Below, piece after piece: positions 63,773-64,000 of a stretch of 64,000 nt of DNA. Origin of the DNA: an uncultured Actinomycetes bacterium. GTDB taxonomy: Bacteria; Actinomycetota; Thermoleophilia; Gaiellales; Gaiellaceae. The position numbers and the translations under genes were made by a program. Within the stretch, counting starts at the first letter, position 1. Every line of letters starts with the position of its first letter. The stretch is from the NCBI GenBank assembly GCA_963755605.1, contig CAVWKK010000008.1:551225-615224 (forward strand), in the 5' to 3' direction. The notes under the pieces are model-generated. The model was not told the DNA's origin and did no database searches. It was given only the letters and a program-made list of their open reading frames with translations.

Positions 63773-64000
63773 TTTCGTCCGGGGAGTGGTTCGTTCGCGG
63801 GGGCGGTGCTCGGAATCTCGTTCCAGCCAGGCCTTGACCGTGGCTCGCGCGGCCCTTCCTCGGCCTTCGACGAGGCGTAGCCGAGTCGCTCGAGGAGCTC
63901 GATCTTCTCCTGTGCATACGCCCTCACGGGATGCGTCTCGGACAGCCCGCCGACGAGCTCTTCGACCCGGGCGCGCAACTGGGGGGCGAAATGCGGTGTC
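63769..64000 (-). CDS. Hypothetical protein, 5' end outside the window
   Basis: The frame is open from the window edge (..TPHFAPQLRARVEELVGGLSETHPVRAYAQEKIELLERLGY...). Its stop forms an ATGA overlap with the SDR start. Confidence 0.45.
   Translation of the reverse strand, partial: TPHFAPQLRARVEELVGGLSETHPVRAYAQEKIELLERLGYASSKAEEGPREPRSRPGWNEIPSTAPANEPLPGRK

Overview
This is a high-G+C, densely packed bacterial chromosomal segment. Gene content (PimA-like GT4, Rv2191-like DnaQ/GIY-YIG nuclease, fused MoaD-MoaE, DUF6457/6458-like small proteins) and the Gram-positive CGAAC-N4-GTTCG SOS box suggest an Actinomycetota-like lineage; that assignment is inference. I support about 70 protein genes, one intact tRNA-Leu(GAG), a duplicated tRNA-Leu 5' half, one RNase P RNA, and several hairpin terminators and regulatory sites. 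I see no rRNA, CRISPR array, transposase or integrase. Adjacent genes very often overlap by 1 nt (TGATG/TAATG) or 4 nt (ATGA/GTGA/TTGA).

Main blocks:
- 1-3.5 kb: M50 protease, LOG, selA and an O-methyltransferase.
- 3.6-7.5 kb: an orphan Dpp-type permease, moaD-moaE fusion, cspA plus an IF-1-like gene, and a methylmalonyl-CoA mutase catalytic subunit.
- 7.5-10 kb: an ABC-2 exporter.
- 10-16 kb: GT4, receiver domain, secG, SBP-like lipoprotein and pmbA/tldD.
- 16-18.5 kb: tRNA-Leu, lexA, a small zinc-ribbon ORF, rnpB and a lytic transglycosylase.
- 18.5-27.5 kb: GNAT, a two-component system, HDAC, 5'-3' exonuclease, plsC, topoisomerase III and a sigma-70 factor.
- 27.7-33.4 and 37.5-43.4 kb: two complete family-5 peptide ABC importer operons.
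- 33.4-37.3 kb: DnaQ/GIY-YIG nuclease, a frameshifted CPA2 antiporter with a KhtT-like subunit, and NlpC/P60.
- 43.4-48.7 kb: a visibly lower-G+C regulatory island with three LuxR-HTH proteins, an HD-GYP protein and a small protein.
- 48.7-64 kb: housekeeping and envelope genes, including xseAB and proline dehydrogenase.

Nothing here is clearly a new multi-gene system such as a defence island. The items most worth a second look are:
- an IF-1-like gene in frame with cspA that has no canonical start codon;
- a promoter plus tRNA-Leu 5'-half duplication followed by about 140 nt of structured sequence;
- a lexA / zinc-ribbon ORF / rnpB arrangement with overlaps at both ends of rnpB;
- a second SOS box in front of the DnaQ/GIY-YIG nuclease;
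- probable CTG or other non-canonical starts;
- palindromic TTTCCACA/TGTGGAAA sites with a 27-aa peptide ORF in the low-GC island.

All calls come from reading the sequence and recalling motifs; no database search was run.
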